The position numbers and the translations under genes are program-made. The notes beneath the pieces are model-generated. The model saw nothing but the letters and a program-made list of their open reading frames with translations, had not been told where the DNA came from and searched no databases. Of a stretch of 64,000 bases of DNA, positions 61,530 to 64,000 are shown piece after piece; position 1 is the stretch's first letter, and each line of letters begins with the position of its first letter. This stretch comes from Candidatus Sumerlaeaceae bacterium (lineage in GTDB: Bacteria > Sumerlaeota > Sumerlaeia > Sumerlaeales > Sumerlaeaceae). Location of the stretch: positions 195,397 to 259,396 of the forward strand of contig JBPCLP010000045.1 in the NCBI GenBank assembly GCA_051003195.1, written 5' to 3'.

Positions 61530-62481
61530 CCTCTTCCTTTAGGAACAGTTGCACGCGAGAGACGGCCTCCAACTGCTTCTCCATCTTGGGCATGGTCTGG
61601 ATCCACGACAGAGCAGTTCGCACTCTTACTGATGGGGCACCTGGTCCGGCCAGGAGTTTGTCGATGGCCGTCACGCCGACGGTCCCGGTCGTGATGTGTT
61701 CTTCGATCAAGAGGTCCTTCTCGTGGTTAGACTCAGCCAGCTCGACGGTGGCCCTGATCAGTTCCGCTGATCCCTCGCAGAACTGTCGCTTGTCTTCCGG
61801 TATGGTTCCATCGGCGAGACCCTTCTCGATCTCCTCTACCTGGGCCTTCCCACTGGAGACGTTGATCTCGTGAAACTTGGAGATCATCCAGTTGTAGGCG
61901 CGCCTGGCCAACTTGAGGTGGAGGTCGCTGACGATCAAGGACTCGTGGCTCTTCGGATGCGTCAGGTCGTCACGCAGATCGTAGGTCAGTTGCACGGCGT
62001 CCCATCCACCCTTGTCGAGTTCCAAATCTACGGTCGCGTCCACCGAAGCGGCGTACATGCGAAGAGTTAGCAGCAGGAGCGGCTTCGTCGATGGGTAGTA
62101 GTCCTCGTCGGTAATCATGCCGTTGTCGGTCAGCTTGAACTTCTTGCCCAGCATGAACGACATCCCGATCGGTGAGAAGCGATGCAACTCCAGGTTCACG
62201 ATGTACTGCCGCATGGAGTGGCTGAGCGCTTCGATGTAGGAGATCACGGCCTTCACGAACGCGCGCCTGATCGGCTGCGATCCATCGATCCTGATCTTGC
62301 GGTGCCAGTGGAGGACGTCCAGGTTGAGCGCATGCTCCAGCATGGCCAGCTCGTTGTAGATGAACTGACAGTAGGAGCCCTCGCCTAAGGCTGGGTCGGG
62401 GGCAGGGGCCTTGATGCCGGTGAACTCTTCGAAGAGCTTCGCGGTCCCCTCCTTCGCACGTTCTGGATCGAAGTCTGGCAT
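61501..62481 (-). CDS. Putative HEPN-domain protein
   Basis: Helical; RRAFVKAVISYIEA and LRDDLTHPK (RX4H). Confidence 0.5.
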   Translation of the reverse strand: MPDFDPERAKEGTAKLFEEFTGIKAPAPDPALGEGSYCQFIYNELAMLEHALNLDVLHWHRKIRIDGSQPIRRAFVKAVISYIEALSHSMRQYIVNLELHRFSPIGMSFMLGKKFKLTDNGMITDEDYYPSTKPLLLLTLRMYAASVDATVDLELDKGGWDAVQLTYDLRDDLTHPKSHESLIVSDLHLKLARRAYNWMISKFHEINVSSGKAQVEEIEKGLADGTIPEDKRQFCEGSAELIRATVELAESNHEKDLLIEEHITTGTVGVTAIDKLLAGPGAPSVRVRTALSWIQTMPKMEKQLEAVSRVQLFLKEEVTGIEPSPE

Positions 62482-62497
62482 GCTGGTTACGTCCTGA

Positions 62498-62929
62498 CTA
62501 AGGCTTTTTCTTAGCGCCCCGCGTCACACCTCCTAGCCTCTTCGGTGCAAGCGGGTTATTAGTTGTACTCGGTGGTGGGGTCTTTGGTTTGGGCACGGAA
62601 GGACGACTTAGCTTTTTCGGTACGCTAAAGATCGTCTGAGGTCTTTTCACCTGCTTCGCTGGAGCTGGTGATGGAGGTCGAGTGAGTCCCCGAGCGAAGG
62701 CATTGGCAACGACTTGGTTCGGGTCTCTAATGCTTCCGTATCGATCAAGATGCTGCTGTAGAGCCCATTTTGCGTCGTCTACTTCCATTTTTTTTGGTAG
62801 AAGCACAACACCCTGAAAGCGTCCACCTAAAGCTGGTTTTCTTACGATCGTGTAGGTATGATGATTCCGTAATTCAGGATTAGGCTTATCGCTAATAGAC
62901 ACCCTGCCGAATGGGTACATTCCGTTCAC
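62498..62929 (-). CDS. Hypothetical protein with a Pro/Lys-rich tail
   Basis: GAGG RBS with GTG start; ends 16 nt upstream of the HEPN-like gene. Confidence 0.45.
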   Translation of the reverse strand: MNGMYPFGRVSISDKPNPELRNHHTYTIVRKPALGGRFQGVVLLPKKMEVDDAKWALQQHLDRYGSIRDPNQVVANAFARGLTRPPSPAPAKQVKRPQTIFSVPKKLSRPSVPKPKTPPPSTTNNPLAPKRLGGVTRGAKKKP

Positions 62930-63227
62930 TTCTACTTACCTCCCCGCTCTACGGCTACCAGGAGAGCGATTCGAGGTAAGAAGAAAGAAGGTGAACGTGA
63001 AGTTCAGACAACCGTCAACTGACAGGAGGCAGTTTTTGTGGGTTGTTGCTTCCGGTAACGGAATAGGCTATGCACAAGAGGATAAGGACTATTCTAACAA
63101 TGTTATCGCGACGCATTTTGAGCCGCTGGAGCCTTGACGCTTAAGTTGTAGTCTCAAGGTGCTGAAGACATGCTCCGCGCCGCTTGCCACGATGAGTCCC
63201 GTGGTAAGGCTAACCCTGGGAAATTGG

Positions 63228-63990
63228 GTAGAGTAGAGCACTGGCGCGGTGCGTTAGATTTGGGCAGTCTGTTTGCCGTAAGCTTTCGCCCTCGACCGGT
63301 GCCTTGATCCCATTTCATAGTCCGTCTCCAGCGCCCCCTCATCGAACCGGACGTGCGGCTTTCCCGCATCCGGCTCTCGGAGTCTTCTTAGCCGCGGGCA
63401 TTCGGTGCCGTACTGCGCACCTTGGCGCTGCGGTGCAGCTTTTCATGAAATTCCCGCACATAAGTTTCCCGGTGTTTGCGGAGTGTTTTGCGACACTCAA
63501 TCACCTGCGTGCTTCCTTTCACTACGAGCTCAAGACAACCAGGGCTCCTTCGCTCCGCGGGGATTAGCCGCCTCCTCACTACTATGAGCCCCTCCGACTC
63601 CTGCCGCGGCCACGCTCCATTTCGGTTGTCGCCTTATAGGAACGCGTTGCGCTGCGCTTTTCGCACAACGCACCACAGCAGGTCTCCCGAGTTGCCCCCG
63701 TGAACTGTCTCGACGTGCTGTCCCGACGACCCCGCTCCCGCCTGTGCGGCCATTGCCTGTTACCGGTCTCACAGATTGCAGCCTTCACCCCACGTCCATG
63801 GGTTCGGCCAGAAGGAGGAATTTTTCTGCCCGCCGATTCGCGACCTCTGCTTAACAGAGGCTTTATCCCGGCGAATTTGAGCAGCAACGGTCACCCGCGC
63901 CACCCCGCCGGTAGCTATGCGTCGAACAGGCAATTAACGCAGAAGGCTCCTTTCATCCTTCAAGTTCACGAGCGCCTTCACTCGGCATGC
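63228..63990 (-). ncRNA. Group II intron ribozyme with the RT/maturase ORF internally deleted
   Basis: D5 GAGCCGGATGCGGGAAAGCCGCACGTCCGGTTC (63376-63344); D6 GCGCTGG..CCAGTGC ending CTCTAC; D1 closing stems CCGAG/CTCGG and CGTGAAC/GTTCACG; EBS1 GGACGT pairs with the 5' exon ACGTCC. Confidence 0.9.
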
Positions 63991-64000
63991 GGACGTGTAA

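Larger units (their letters stand above)
2958..64000. mobile_element. tRNA-Gly-anchored genomic/defence island (right end not located; probably composite)
   Basis: Integrase and excisionase directly 3' of the tRNA, followed by dense defence genes, a second recombinase, many pseudogenes and no recognisable housekeeping genes. Confidence 0.7.

Noticed and set aside
63154..63887. Short ORFs at the right edge as proteins
   Set aside because: They overlap the structured intron RNA; only the RT-like stub at about 63388-63504 looks coding-derived.
2958..64000. attR (duplicated tRNA-Gly 3' end)
   Set aside because: Only 7-8 nt matches seen (e.g. CGCTCCA at 34071, CCCGCTC near 62944); too short to call. 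A proper search of the contig is needed.

Overview
The window starts with a core gene (NADP-malic enzyme maeB) and a tRNA-Gly(GCC) gene at 2882-2957. Nearly everything after that looks like a large tRNA-anchored genomic island rich in defence genes. I did not find its right attachment site by eye, so it may lie beyond the window. Contents in order: (1) xis plus a tyrosine integrase whose reading frame runs into the tRNA. (2) An 18.4-kb co-oriented defence block: MORC/GHKL-histidine kinase fusion, receiver-domain protein, C5-methylase, a Mrr_N protein with three C2H2-like fingers, UvrD, DrmA, DrmB, NERD-helicase, and an RHH-fused Dcm/EcoRII/Vsr module. This is DISARM-like but lacks recognisable drmC/D/E. 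(3) XRE, DUF2130, HNH and Mrr-like genes. (4) A secreted TPR gene broken by an amber codon, next to an ECF sigma factor. (5) A second xis plus a divergent 739-aa tyrosine recombinase, with five CTGAGTGG repeats between them. (6) An orphan C-protein with a C-box. (7) Cargo genes: VOC, ABC-2 exporter, YHYH-PEBP, SRPBCC, epimerase, sulfatase. (8) A complete type II CBASS operon. (9) SIR2-pYEATS and HEPN-like candidates amid many gene remnants. (10) A complete but ORF-deleted group II intron at the right edge. All family calls come from motifs recognised by eye; no searches were run.
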